Assembly: GCA_964393575.1 (NCBI GenBank)
Contig: CAYMUG010000002.1
Span: forward strand, 341 to 64,340
Direction: 5' to 3'
Length of the DNA stretch: 64,000 nucleotides
From: an uncultured Candidatus Saccharibacteria bacterium
GTDB lineage: Bacteria; Patescibacteriota; Minisyncoccia; Spechtbacterales; 2-12-FULL-38-22
The notes beneath the pieces are model-generated. The model did not search any database, was not told where the DNA came from, and saw only the letters and a list, made by a program, of their open reading frames with translations. Shown here in pieces: positions 17,401 through 27,210 of the stretch; positions within the stretch are counted from its first letter, which is position 1; each line of letters starts with the position of its first letter. The position numbers were made by a program, and so were the translations under genes.

Positions 17401-18552
17401 TCAGTCGTAGCACTCTTTTATTTCTTCCTCCGCGGGTTTATTCAAAGGAGTGAAGGTCGCATCTTCTTCAGGATTTGGAGGAGACCAGATATTTGCAGCC
17501 CACCAGTATATACCGTCTATGTATGGCTTCCAGGCATCACAAGATGCCTTATAAAACTTTCTCTGTGCTTCTAAGCTAATCGGTGTTCCGTGGTCCCATC
17601 TCCAGCTATACTGCCACGAACCTCTTTGAGAGGTAGTGCCCATTTCTGATATCACCAGAGGCTTGTTCAGTGCTTGTGCCCTCTCTATCTGCCTCTGTAC
17701 TATTTGGCTCCATTCTTGTCTTATCTTTTGCGGCGAAGACCCTATAGGCGCGTTAAGTTGAAAAAAAGCATCCATAGAGATAAAATCTAAGTCGTTCCAC
17801 GGCATTCCATTCTCTATGTTTCTGTTGACGGAATAAGTCAACTGTCCGCTGAATTTATTTCTTGCGTTTTCAATAAATTCACGCCAGCGGTCTGTATATT
17901 TTTCCATAGATACCAGCTCTGCACCTATGGTGAATATATCCGCGTTTGTTTGTTCGCCGAGTTGGGCGTACTCAAGTAAAAGTTCTTGGTAGTTACCAAA
18001 CCAGTCGTCTATATCTGCAGGTTCAATGGTGCCGCGCCATTCGCCCGTGCCTTCTATGTTTTCTTCATCAATTATAGGACGCAAATTAACTGTGAAGTTT
18101 CTTTCTTTCGCTTTAGTGATAAAAAGTTTTATCGCATTAGTTGAAGGCGTCTTTTCATTGTGCTTCCAAAACTCTGTTCCGTGTAATCCGTCCTGAAACA
18201 CGGGCCAGTTTAAGCTCAAGCTGTTTATTTCCAAGCTTATCAATCTGTCAAAAAGACGGTTCAGTTTTCTATTCAACTCATCCATACCAGAATAGTCCGT
18301 TCCATATAACAATACCGCGATACCTGCGTGGAAGTCACTCTCTTTCTCGCGCGGATCTTTAACTTTTTTTATCGGGATAGAAGTAGGCGTAGGTGTAGGT
18401 GTGGGCGCGATTTTTATACGACCCTTTTTCTCTTCTGTAGATTGTTGCTCGTCGTTTTGCTCGAATTGGCTTTGGCTTCCATCGTCTCTTACCAGAAATA
18501 TTCCACCTACAATGAAAACAACAGCTATAGCTACTAATGCGACTGTTTTCAT
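17401..18552 (-). CDS. membrane-anchored TIM-barrel glycoside hydrolase (GH5/GH26/GH113-like)
   Basis: N-terminal TM followed by a PTPTPTPT linker. A catalytic-Glu-like VISEMG and a WAANIW motif are present. Confidence 0.55.
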   Translation of the reverse strand: MKTVALVAIAVVFIVGGIFLVRDDGSQSQFEQNDEQQSTEEKKGRIKIAPTPTPTPTSIPIKKVKDPREKESDFHAGIAVLLYGTDYSGMDELNRKLNRLFDRLISLEINSLSLNWPVFQDGLHGTEFWKHNEKTPSTNAIKLFITKAKERNFTVNLRPIIDEENIEGTGEWRGTIEPADIDDWFGNYQELLLEYAQLGEQTNADIFTIGAELVSMEKYTDRWREFIENARNKFSGQLTYSVNRNIENGMPWNDLDFISMDAFFQLNAPIGSSPQKIRQEWSQIVQRQIERAQALNKPLVISEMGTTSQRGSWQYSWRWDHGTPISLEAQRKFYKASCDAWKPYIDGIYWWAANIWSPPNPEEDATFTPLNKPAEEEIKECYD

Positions 18553-18561
18553 CTTTTCTCC

Positions 18562-20115
18562 TTACTTGGTTTTGTTGATAACTTCAAAGGAATAGTTTTT
18601 CTTTAAAAAACGCCATATTCCCAAAAAAGCTGAAAATGCCTCCACCGCTGTAAACGCGTAAACGAGCGGAGCCATTATTAAGGTGTCTGTCAGGTTCTTT
18701 AACTTGTGGCTTCTATTACAAATAAGACCCCCGAAGAGCAAAGTCCCTAATCCGAACTTTTTTCTTCTGGTAAATTTCGATACACTTCTGTTGATGCGCA
18801 GTCCCTCGCTGTATGCCCATATAAAATAGGCGAGCGTAAAACTCCAAATTAAAACTACCCAGTTAGATACAGGGGAGGTGTTTCCTATGCCCGTAAAATG
18901 TGATACGAGCAGCACAACTCCCACAAACTGAAACGGACCCAGAGCCCAAGTGATCACGGTGTACATAAGCGGAGCCCGTGTCTTGAAGGGTAGGTCACGT
19001 TTAAAAATAAGGTCTATCAGGCCCGCTGCCCATCGCCTTCTCTGACGGACAAAATCTCTAATAGTGTCAGGAGAAGCTCCGTAAGAAAATGAATTTAGCG
19101 CTTTAGACTTTCCCGGATATTTCCGGGAAAACTCAAGTCCAAAATAAGCATCTTCTACGAGGGTACTACCGAAATCCCATCCGATTTCTTCTTCTATGTC
19201 TGCTCTAATCAGAAGATGCTCTCCGTGTAAACCCGCAAGAGGGGTGCCAAAATCTTCAGTAAACAAACCGAATCGGCTTTTGTCATCCATCGGCCGCACG
19301 CTATCAGCCATGCGACAAAATCTTGATGCAGAAAGTTCTTTGGGAAAAGTCAGAATTCCCTGAGCCAAGTACTTTAATCCGTGGTACTTATCTATGAACT
19401 CTGCTATGGACGCGACTGTATCTGCGCCTACATGTGTATCATCATCCAGATGATACACATATGTGTCCTTTGTATGAAGGTTGAGTTCACGCCTAATAAG
19501 TATCCCGAAATGAGAAGCTCGAGCTTTAGCATTTGTATTTCGGGGAGTTTTATAGTCATGGGGAATAGTAATAACACGGATATTTTCAGAAAAGTGTAGA
19601 GAAGCAATCCATATTTTTAGTTCCTCTCTATACTCCGCTTTTTCTTCAACAAGGATATGAACTTCCCAATCATTTATATTGTTGGGAGCATGTTTTACAA
19701 CAGATTCGACCACTCTTTGAAGAGCGGGAAAAGTGTCTTTTCGGCAAACAGTCGGCACTAAGAATATAACCCTTTTTTCAGTTACTCCGCTATACGAAGA
19801 TACCTCAACATCATCATTTCTTGCCACCCTTATAAAACCTATCAAAGCGACAGGGCAATACAGCGACCAAACGAAAGTAAGGTACCAGTTCAAAAACGTG
19901 TTTTCCGGAGTTGCGATGTAAAATGAAATCGCTACTGCGATTAGGTATAAAATCAGAAACTTATATACATTTAAGCCTAAAACACGTTGGTTATCCTGTA
20001 TATCTGAAGCGGGTATTGCCGGATTCGCTGCTTGAGCCACGCTACGCCTCCTTATTTTTGCTGGGAAAGTCGGAAGGTTTGCGTTGTTAATGTGCAGACA
20101 ATGACGATAACACAT
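18562..20115 (-). CDS. processive family 2 glycosyltransferase (cellulose/chitin-synthase-like, multi-TM)
   Basis: D,D,D motifs and QRRRW (QxxRW) are present, flanked by TM segments. The true start may lie internal to the track ORF. Confidence 0.75.
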   Translation of the reverse strand: MCYRHCLHINNANLPTFPAKIRRRSVAQAANPAIPASDIQDNQRVLGLNVYKFLILYLIAVAISFYIATPENTFLNWYLTFVWSLYCPVALIGFIRVARNDDVEVSSYSGVTEKRVIFLVPTVCRKDTFPALQRVVESVVKHAPNNINDWEVHILVEEKAEYREELKIWIASLHFSENIRVITIPHDYKTPRNTNAKARASHFGILIRRELNLHTKDTYVYHLDDDTHVGADTVASIAEFIDKYHGLKYLAQGILTFPKELSASRFCRMADSVRPMDDKSRFGLFTEDFGTPLAGLHGEHLLIRADIEEEIGWDFGSTLVEDAYFGLEFSRKYPGKSKALNSFSYGASPDTIRDFVRQRRRWAAGLIDLIFKRDLPFKTRAPLMYTVITWALGPFQFVGVVLLVSHFTGIGNTSPVSNWVVLIWSFTLAYFIWAYSEGLRINRSVSKFTRRKKFGLGTLLFGGLICNRSHKLKNLTDTLIMAPLVYAFTAVEAFSAFLGIWRFLKKNYSFEVINKTK

Positions 20116-20146
20116 CTAATGTATAAAGTCAAATATGTACACATTG

Positions 20147-20175
20147 TTGACATTATTAATCGTAGGGTATATAAT
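20147..20175 (+). promoter_or_regulatory. sigma70 consensus promoter TTGACA-17-TATAAT upstream of the adhesin gene
   Basis: TTGACA 20147-52 and TATAAT 20170-75. Confidence 0.55.
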
Positions 20176-20229
20176 TAAGTGTCTTTAACAGTGCACGTTT
20201 AGTATTAAAAGTTAAAATTAAAGTAAAAT

Positions 20230-22617
20230 ATGTTTAATATGTTTAATAAGAATCGCAACCAAGTTTCAAATAGTGTTTTTTCTATTCCTTCTTCGGGATA
20301 TGAGGAAAAACGCGCACAAGGAATTAGAAAATTAAAAAACATTCCGGCAAAATCTTACCTAGCATTCGCTTTCAGTATTTTGTTTGTAGGAATTTCATTT
20401 ATGCCCGCGGTAAGCGGACTTACTGTATTTGCTGAAAATACACATACAATATCCGGAACTGTCTTTGAAAAGACGGATTCAGGTGACTTAGAAGGACTTG
20501 AGGATTGGACCGTAAAACTAATAGGTTATAACGAGGTGCGTGAAGCTGTGACCGGAAGTAATGGCGGTTATAGTTTTGCAGGTCTAACAGAGGGGGATTA
20601 TAAGGTTTGCCAAGTAAGAAAAATGGGTTGGCAAAAGATTGACTTTGATTCAACCGCTCCGGACCTCGGAAATTGTCATAATGTTACTATACACAGCAAA
20701 AACAAAACTGATGCTAACTTCTTTAATGAGTCCACCGATGCTGATAGTTTTAGTAACGCCCGCTTAACGGTAATAACTCATGTTGTTAATGATAGCGGAG
20801 GACAGAATGAGGCCTCTGATTTTACTACACAAATCGTGGGTAATCCCGGAACAAACAAAGCTATTGACGGTGCATCTGTGCCCGGCACAGAAATTACTGT
20901 TGAACCGGGGGAATACCACATAGATTCAACCTCAAATAATAATTACACCAAATTTTTGTTTGGCTGCTCCGAGAGAGAGCTCGGAGAAGGTGAGCACGGA
21001 ATGTGTGTTATCATTCAAAACGACATAGATACTGTATGTCCTCTGGAAAACAAGGAGAATAGAACCATAATTGGGTTTCCCGAAAGTTGGCATTTTAGTC
21101 ACCTTAATGCACGACATCCTGAAAATAATTCCAGAGGCCCGCTTGACCTTTTCAATCGACCTGAAAATGGTCTGTATGATGTAACAATGGTTTCCTTTGA
21201 CAACCACGATGAGAAGTCCGGACAACACCAACCTGAAGAACAATGGTTTTTCAAGGCATTTGATAAAAATGGAAATTCTGTGTTTACCTCTGATTCAATA
21301 GATGATCTTCCTGAAAACCAAAATCGGCTTACACAACAGGTCCACACTGATGTAGAGATTACCTCTGAAGTTCATTCTGTTTCTGTGCATCATAAACTTC
21401 CCGTTGATTCCGGCAATAATATAAACAGCATCAGTCCGCTTTGTATTGCCTTTGATAAAACAGATAGTACAGAGGAAGAACCTGAGGAAGAACCTGAGGA
21501 AGATGCCCACCTTACTCTTCACAAAACGGTAGTAAATGATGATGAAGGAGAAGCTACAGCGGATGACTTCCAATTATTTATTGACGGTGATTCCGCAGAC
21601 AGTGGCGAAGCGGTGGAGCTTGAGCCCGGAACATACACCGCAAGCGAAAACAGTGTAGAAGGTTACGCAGCTTCAGGCTGGACAGGAGATTGTTCTACAA
21701 ACGGAACGGTTACTCTCTCTGAGGGTGAGAATGCTCACTGTAGCATAACGAATAACGATATTCCCTCTGACAGCCCTCCCGCTGTAACCGGCTCTCCTAA
21801 CCTCACCCTTAATAAGAATGTTGTGCCGACAAGTACCAGCGCAGGAGAGGAAATTGAATTTACTATAACGATTGAAAATGAAGGTAACTCTGAAGCCGAG
21901 AACGCGATTCTTGAAGACACACTTCCGGAAGGGTTTACATTTCAGGAAACAGGGAGTGATTCAAGAGAATGGACACTCGGAGATATAGCTGCCGGCGGAG
22001 GTACGCGCGTAATTAACGCCGATGTCAGGATTGCAGAAGATGTAAATGCGGGGAATTACACTAACAATGCCAGTGTTGATGCTGATAATCATGCTGCGAT
22101 TGAAGATACAGCAGAAGTTAGTGTTACCTCTTCTTCCGAAGGAGAAGTTTTAGGTGAAGAGGCATCTCCTGTATTGGAAATCGTAAAAAGCGCGAACAAA
22201 GATTTTGTTAATCCCGGAGGCACCATTACGTTTACCGTGGCTGTTACAAACAGCGGTGAAGCTCCGGCCGAAAATCTGGTAGCAGGGGACACTCTTCCCG
22301 ACGGATTCCGTGATGCGAACGGAAATAAAGTTATAACTTTTGAAAAAGACCGACTTGATCCCGGAGAAACTTTCCAAGAGTCGTTTGTGGTAAGTGTGTC
22401 CGCAGACGCTGAAGCGGGTGAACAAACCAATGAAGCTTCCGCAGAAGCGGATAACCACGACACGGTTAAAACCACCGAAGATATTACCGTAAGGAAAGGA
22501 GCTGTGTTGGGCAAAACAGGAGTTTCTCCTATTGCTCTTACTTTATGGGTTGCAGCTTCTCTCTCATTAGTGTTCGGTGTATTTCAGGTACGAAGAACTC
22601 TTGCATCTGTAGCGTAA
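20230..22617 (+). CDS. large cell-surface adhesin-like protein (Cna-B/SdrD-like domain, paired-Cys beta-sandwich repeats, DUF11-like repeats) with a C-terminal sorting signal LGKTG-TM-RRT
   Basis: The N-terminus is signal/TM-like. ISGTVFEKTDSGDLEGLEDWTVKL matches Cna-B. LTLNKNVVPTSTSAGEEIEFTITIENEG matches DUF11. The tail reads VLGKTGVSPIALTLWVAASLSLVFGVFQVRRT. Confidence 0.75.
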   Translation: MFNMFNKNRNQVSNSVFSIPSSGYEEKRAQGIRKLKNIPAKSYLAFAFSILFVGISFMPAVSGLTVFAENTHTISGTVFEKTDSGDLEGLEDWTVKLIGYNEVREAVTGSNGGYSFAGLTEGDYKVCQVRKMGWQKIDFDSTAPDLGNCHNVTIHSKNKTDANFFNESTDADSFSNARLTVITHVVNDSGGQNEASDFTTQIVGNPGTNKAIDGASVPGTEITVEPGEYHIDSTSNNNYTKFLFGCSERELGEGEHGMCVIIQNDIDTVCPLENKENRTIIGFPESWHFSHLNARHPENNSRGPLDLFNRPENGLYDVTMVSFDNHDEKSGQHQPEEQWFFKAFDKNGNSVFTSDSIDDLPENQNRLTQQVHTDVEITSEVHSVSVHHKLPVDSGNNINSISPLCIAFDKTDSTEEEPEEEPEEDAHLTLHKTVVNDDEGEATADDFQLFIDGDSADSGEAVELEPGTYTASENSVEGYAASGWTGDCSTNGTVTLSEGENAHCSITNNDIPSDSPPAVTGSPNLTLNKNVVPTSTSAGEEIEFTITIENEGNSEAENAILEDTLPEGFTFQETGSDSREWTLGDIAAGGGTRVINADVRIAEDVNAGNYTNNASVDADNHAAIEDTAEVSVTSSSEGEVLGEEASPVLEIVKSANKDFVNPGGTITFTVAVTNSGEAPAENLVAGDTLPDGFRDANGNKVITFEKDRLDPGETFQESFVVSVSADAEAGEQTNEASAEADNHDTVKTTEDITVRKGAVLGKTGVSPIALTLWVAASLSLVFGVFQVRRTLASVA

Positions 22618-22679
22618 AATAACTTCTCACTTTAGTTCAGGAGCAGGAAAAATTGATTCTACTCTCCTGAATTTTCCCT

Positions 22680-23432
22680 ATGGACTTAATACCGATTGAC
22701 TTCGCTCCTTCTTATGAGGCGGGGTTGGATACAAAAAAGATTTTATATCTAAAATCACACAGATATAAACCCAACAAAAAACGGGTGAAGCTTTCGGTGT
22801 GGCTAGGAGTTATTTTGGTTACATTAAGCGCCGCTGCTTATCCGGTTATGCCTATGGTTATGTACAAAATTAACCCGCCTGAAGTTTCAGAAACAGAAAC
22901 TTTGCCCGCCACATACACAGCAAATGACGGAGAAAATAGTGTAAACACGAGTAGGGCAGAGGAGACCGGCAGCAGTAACCGCACACCCGAAAGTCGTAAT
23001 ACTGCCTCTGCCGCAACCACTCAAGAGAGAACCAATCGTCTTGTAATTCCTAAAATAGATGTAGATATAGAAATTATAGGGGGCAATAATGCCGAATATG
23101 CATGGAGCAAAGGAGCATGGCATCAACCGGGAACTTCTTCTCCGGACAATGGCGGTAATATGGCGTTAAGTGCTCACAGGTTTCGTTATCAACCCCCTCA
23201 CACAGAAACTTTTTATCTCTTGGATAAACTGGAGACAGGCGACCACTTTTTCATTTATTGGGAAGGAAAAGTTTATAAATATAAGGTTAAAAAAGAAGAG
23301 GTGGTAAGCCCTTACGCAACTGAAATTCTTGAACCCACAGAAGAACCTGTTGCAACCCTTTATACGTGCGCCCCTCTTTTTTCCACTGAAAACCGCCTGT
23401 ACGTACGGGGAGAGTTGATGAGTATTAATTAA
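22680..23432 (+). CDS. sortase family transpeptidase
   Basis: N-terminal TM. The His motif GNMALSAHR, the catalytic TLYTCAP (TLxTC) and a downstream Arg (RLYVRGEL) are present. Confidence 0.8.
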   Translation: MDLIPIDFAPSYEAGLDTKKILYLKSHRYKPNKKRVKLSVWLGVILVTLSAAAYPVMPMVMYKINPPEVSETETLPATYTANDGENSVNTSRAEETGSSNRTPESRNTASAATTQERTNRLVIPKIDVDIEIIGGNNAEYAWSKGAWHQPGTSSPDNGGNMALSAHRFRYQPPHTETFYLLDKLETGDHFFIYWEGKVYKYKVKKEEVVSPYATEILEPTEEPVATLYTCAPLFSTENRLYVRGELMSIN

Positions 23433-23463
23433 ATCCGCGACTTTTGTAATACATTTAGTACTC

Positions 23464-23500
23464 AAAAACTCGGTTCAATCTATAGGTTGAGCCGAGTTTT
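23464..23500. terminator. terminator hairpin actcggttcaatc-tata-ggttgagccgagt (paralog of 1047-1084)
   Basis: The stem is nearly identical to the copy at 1053-1081. Confidence 0.6.
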
Positions 23501-23587
23501 GTGTTTATATATAACACTCATATAAAACTATGGCTGATGCAATTAAATATGTAGACACAGGAAAAAATTTGTGTTATTATAAATACA

Positions 23588-24601
23588 ATGAAGGGGTTTA
23601 AAAAATTTTTAAGTAAAGCGTTTATACCGGGGGCGGAAAATAATTTTACACCTTCCGCGTTTAGTATAAACGCTTTTATTGTTTACGGGATTCTTGTAAT
23701 GCTGACTATGGGTGTTTTGACGCAGGGTTTATTTATAGATTCTTTTTTAGCTAATATTACGCGCAACCTTGTCGTCCAAGAAGTTAATCCCGTAAGAAAT
23801 AATTTAGACCTCCCGGAACTACAGGAAAACCCCGCTCTTTCCAGGGCGGCACAAATGAAAGCTGAAGATATGATACGCCGCGATTACTTTTCGCACACAG
23901 GTCCGGCAGGGGAGGAGCCCTGGGTGTGGTATGAGAAAACCGGTTATGATTTTTCTTTAGCGGGGGAAAATTTAGCTATAGATTTCAATGACCCCTCTCT
24001 TTTAATGGATGCATGGCTTGATTCACCGAGCCACGCGCGTAATATTTTAAACAGTTATTTTGAAGATATAGGTATAGGGGTAGCAAGAGGGGAGTTCAGG
24101 GGTAGAAACACAACGGTGGTTGTGATGTTCTTAGGTAAAGAAGTAGGCAGCACCCGAACCGCCTCTGCCGAAGAGGAAACCGCACCCGAAGAAAATAGTC
24201 CTCCTGAAAATAACGAGGATATAGCGGGTGAAACCTCTAACGAAGAGCCTCAACAAAGTGAAACCGAAGTGACCCCTGTCACAAAAGACCCGCAAATTGT
24301 GCCGGCTGAAGAGTTGGTTATAGCCAAAAAAGCGGATTCCAAAGTATTACAGACCGGCAAAGAAACCTTAGTAGGAGAGGAAGTACAAAAATTACAAAAG
24401 CGCCTGGAGAATCCCGAAAAAAGTGCTAAAAATGAAATAATATCCGGAACCCCGGAAACAGTTAGAGCAATCTTCTCCGTTTTCTTTACAGGGCTGTTTT
24501 TCTGGTTGATTGCTGCCGCATTTATATACAAAACAAGCACATACTTTTACTTACCCCGCATTCTTCTTTTAGCTGCTATGACAATTGTTTTGTGGATATA
24601 A
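23588..24601 (+). CDS. CAP/SCP/PR-1 domain protein with N- and C-terminal TM segments
   Basis: The CAP core is present (FSHTGP...GENLA...DAWLDSPSHARNIL...IGIGVA). Confidence 0.75.
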   Translation: MKGFKKFLSKAFIPGAENNFTPSAFSINAFIVYGILVMLTMGVLTQGLFIDSFLANITRNLVVQEVNPVRNNLDLPELQENPALSRAAQMKAEDMIRRDYFSHTGPAGEEPWVWYEKTGYDFSLAGENLAIDFNDPSLLMDAWLDSPSHARNILNSYFEDIGIGVARGEFRGRNTTVVVMFLGKEVGSTRTASAEEETAPEENSPPENNEDIAGETSNEEPQQSETEVTPVTKDPQIVPAEELVIAKKADSKVLQTGKETLVGEEVQKLQKRLENPEKSAKNEIISGTPETVRAIFSVFFTGLFFWLIAAAFIYKTSTYFYLPRILLLAAMTIVLWI

Positions 24602-24627
24602 ATATGACAAATTTTTAATATAATTTT

Positions 24628-24656
24628 AAACCCGCGCTGTTTCGCGCGGGTTTTTT
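24628..24656. terminator. terminator hairpin aaacccgcgc-tgtttc-gcgcgggttt + T6
   Basis: A near-identical copy at 25094-25121 points to local duplication. Confidence 0.6.
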
Positions 24657-25005
24657 AGGAACCTTTATATTTACCTCTTAATTTGTTTATAATTTTTCTT
24701 AGTTTTTCTGTTGTTTTGTAATATAGTTCTTTTATGGCTTGTGCTATAATCACACACAGCCCACCGAGAATAACCGCAACCAGTCCGGCAGCAAACAAAA
24801 TGCCTGAGGTATTATAGCTTATCTCCTCGCCATTGATAAGCGTAATCACGCCTGCAACTAACACGCTAAGTAAAGTATCATCGCTTATCTCTACCCCCAA
24901 GAATAGCATGGATAAATAAGTTAACTCTTTCCATACCTCAAAAAATAACAGTATATAAATCAGAAGAAGTACCACAATTATTAATCTGCACATCCACCGA
25001 ACCAT
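24655..25005 (-). CDS. small membrane protein, divergent member of the tandem two-TM paralog array
   Basis: Hydrophobic helices and a C-terminal IxELYxK-like motif are shared with the neighbours. Confidence 0.5.
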   Translation of the reverse strand: MVRWMCRLIIVVLLLIYILLFFEVWKELTYLSMLFLGVEISDDTLLSVLVAGVITLINGEEISYNTSGILFAAGLVAVILGGLCVIIAQAIKELYYKTTEKLRKIINKLRGKYKGS

Positions 25006-25093
25006 CCAACCTCCTTTTGTAGAAGAACTAATTATATGATATCAACTATATTGTCACTTTGCCATACAGACAGACCACCTTTTAAAAAATTTT

Positions 25094-25121
25094 AAACCCG
25101 CACTGTTTCGCGCGGGTTTTT
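25094..25121. terminator. duplicate of the aaacccgcrc-tgtttc-gcgcgggttt hairpin
   Basis: It differs from 24628-24653 at one position. Confidence 0.55.
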
Positions 25122-25149
25122 AAGAGCGTTTAGTTTATTTATTAGTTTT

Positions 25150-25416
25150 TCAGCGTTCCAGTTTCTCTCTTATTTTGCTGTATATTGTTTTTGCCGTAAA
25201 CGCTATGCCTGCAATCATCGCAAACAGCATAACAGCGGCAGTAAAAGCCATTACTATTGCTACAGTGACACTCATAGCATCATGTACTTCTGTGGGTCTA
25301 TAATATACGAAAATGTAACTCAGCGCTCCCCAGGTGCCGAGAAATAACATTATAAAGAACAAGGTGAATCCGGTGGCTATGAGGGCGCTGCCTATCGATT
25401 CATACGTTTTACGCAT
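25150..25416 (-). CDS. small two-TM membrane protein (paralog array member C)
   Basis: The motifs LGTWGALSYI and MIAGIAFTAKTIYSKI are shared with 25409..25921. Confidence 0.55.
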   Translation of the reverse strand: MRKTYESIGSALIATGFTLFFIMLFLGTWGALSYIFVYYRPTEVHDAMSVTVAIVMAFTAAVMLFAMIAGIAFTAKTIYSKIREKLER

Positions 25417-25921
25417 CTAATCTCCTCTCTATCGTGTTATAGATTGCTTTTGCTACTGCTACTATAATTACAAACAGCACAATAGTCGTAAAACCAGTTA
25501 CACCTATGGCTAACATTATACCTGAAAAACCACCACTTATATCTATACCCAAGGATAAGAAGTAACCCCAGACGCTGAAAAACAATATTATGGGAATCAA
25601 AGTCAATACAGCAGCTATCACTCTGCGCATTCGATAGGGCATCCAAACATTAAGTTCCGGCACTCTTCTAATTTCTTCCATGATAAAGCTATATATTACC
25701 TCTGCCGTGAACGCAATACCCGCAATTAACCCAATCAGCACAGCAATAGCAGCCAACCCCATTCCTATTGAGAAGATTACCCCCACAGCATCATATACCT
25801 CTACGGGTCCGTGCGATGCAAGAATATAAGTCAGCGCTCCCCATAGGCCGAGGAGTAAAAATACGATGAGCGCAGTGAGTGCCGTAGCTGTCAGCTTGCG
25901 CTTGAGTATACCCACATACAT
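25409..25921 (-). CDS. membrane protein made of two tandem copies of the two-TM module
   Basis: Internal repeat: LGLWGALTYI...LIAGIAFTAEVIYSFI, then SVWGYFLSL...VAVAKAIYNTIERR. Confidence 0.55.
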   Translation of the reverse strand: MYVGILKRKLTATALTALIVFLLLGLWGALTYILASHGPVEVYDAVGVIFSIGMGLAAIAVLIGLIAGIAFTAEVIYSFIMEEIRRVPELNVWMPYRMRRVIAAVLTLIPIILFFSVWGYFLSLGIDISGGFSGIMLAIGVTGFTTIVLFVIIVAVAKAIYNTIERRLDA

Positions 25922-25954
25922 CTACATTCTCCTTTTTGTTGAAGAACGTGTTTC

Positions 25955-26191
25955 TTACTCCCCGAAATAAATTGCCTCATAGAGTTCTTTTGTTAATCTT
26001 GCTGCAACATAAACCAAAAGAGACAACATAATAGTGACAATCAAACTCAATACAATCGCAACGAAAATGACCGCGAAAGTATACGCTTCTCCTTCGAAAT
26101 ACATGTAAATGTTATAAGCGAGTACTCCCCAGATACCCAAAAATGACAGTGCAGACATAAGGGCGAGTGCAGCGGATACCTTTTTGCGCAT
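25955..26191 (-). CDS. small two-TM membrane protein (paralog array member A, first gene of the operon)
   Basis: The motif LGIWGVLAYNIY is present. AAGGAG lies 6 nt upstream. Confidence 0.55.
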   Translation of the reverse strand: MRKKVSAALALMSALSFLGIWGVLAYNIYMYFEGEAYTFAVIFVAIVLSLIVTIMLSLLVYVAARLTKELYEAIYFGE

Positions 26192-26227
26192 CCCGTCTCC
26201 TTTTCTGTTGGCAAACTAACTGGAATG

Positions 26228-26256
26228 ATTATAATCACTTTCAAGTGTACTGTCAA
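26228..26256 (-). promoter_or_regulatory. perfect sigma70 consensus promoter TTGACA-17-TATAAT driving the small-membrane-protein array
   Basis: On the minus strand: TTGACA (26256-26251)-17 nt-TATAAT (26233-26228). Confidence 0.6.
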
Positions 26257-26259
26257 ATT

Positions 26260-27210
26260 TTATTCTTCTCCGTTTTCACCGTGGAGTTTTTTGTGTATTT
26301 CTTTCAGGCGCTTGTTGGTTACGTGGGTGTAAACCTGGGTTGTAGCTATATTTTTATGACCCAAAAATTCCTGTACTGTTCGCAGGTCAGCCCCTTTAGA
26401 GAGTAGGTCGGTGGCAAATGTGTGGCGCAGAACATGCGGGGTAACATTAACCGGCAGAGCTGCCATTTTAGCGTAACGATTAATCGCGTTTTGTATGTAA
26501 CGCGGAGACAGGCGCTTGTCTTTGTTTTTAGAGCGATAGTTTATAAATAGCGGTTTTTCCATATCCGTGCGGGTGTTGTCATATTCTTTCATCCATTTTA
26601 AAGCTCTGGGTGAAAAGAACACCGTACGGGGTCTCTCGCCCTTGCCGGTTATATTAAGCTCCAGTGTATTTTCAACCTGCCTCAAGTTAATTTGTTCCCG
26701 GTCCAAATTCACAAGTTCCGCAATACGCATTCCCGTAGAAAACAACACTTCCATAATAGCACGATCCCGCAGGCCTGCGCGTGTATTGGTGTCCGGCATT
26801 GAAAGAAGCTTTTCTACTTGCTCCCCGGTTAAAAATTTAACGGAATCTTTGTCCGTTCCCTTGGGCAGCTTTATTTTAGTTGAGGGGAGGGAGTTTATAT
26901 CACGGTCGGCAAAATAATCCAAAAGGGCTCTTAGCGATACAAGATAGTAATTCTGTGTTTTTCGGGAGAGATTTTGATTGTCCCGTGTTTTATATTTGCG
27001 CGCAAGGAACAACCTATAATTCCATACCTCCTCTGCCGTTAGCTGGTGGGGGAGTAAATCTTCTTTTTTCTCGTCCCGCAGCCATTTTTTAAAAGTTTCC
27101 AGGTATCTTTGATAGTTTTCCTGGGTTTTATTACTCAAACCTTTTTCTATTTCACAGTAATCCAGAAAATCAGGTATATGTTGCATAATTGTTTTTTTTG
27201 ATTTTTGCAT
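26260..27210 (-). CDS. tyrosine recombinase, XerC/XerD family
   Basis: An N-terminal core-binding region is present, together with R...HVLRHTFAT...LGHKNIATTQVYTHV catalytic motifs. The start is taken at MQKSKK. Confidence 0.8.
   Translation of the reverse strand: MQKSKKTIMQHIPDFLDYCEIEKGLSNKTQENYQRYLETFKKWLRDEKKEDLLPHQLTAEEVWNYRLFLARKYKTRDNQNLSRKTQNYYLVSLRALLDYFADRDINSLPSTKIKLPKGTDKDSVKFLTGEQVEKLLSMPDTNTRAGLRDRAIMEVLFSTGMRIAELVNLDREQINLRQVENTLELNITGKGERPRTVFFSPRALKWMKEYDNTRTDMEKPLFINYRSKNKDKRLSPRYIQNAINRYAKMAALPVNVTPHVLRHTFATDLLSKGADLRTVQEFLGHKNIATTQVYTHVTNKRLKEIHKKLHGENGEE

Noticed and set aside
26167-26406. Plus-strand ORF 26167..26406 overlapping the array promoter
   Set aside because: It overlaps the minus-strand consensus promoter and the 3' end of the recombinase gene, and no RBS is present.
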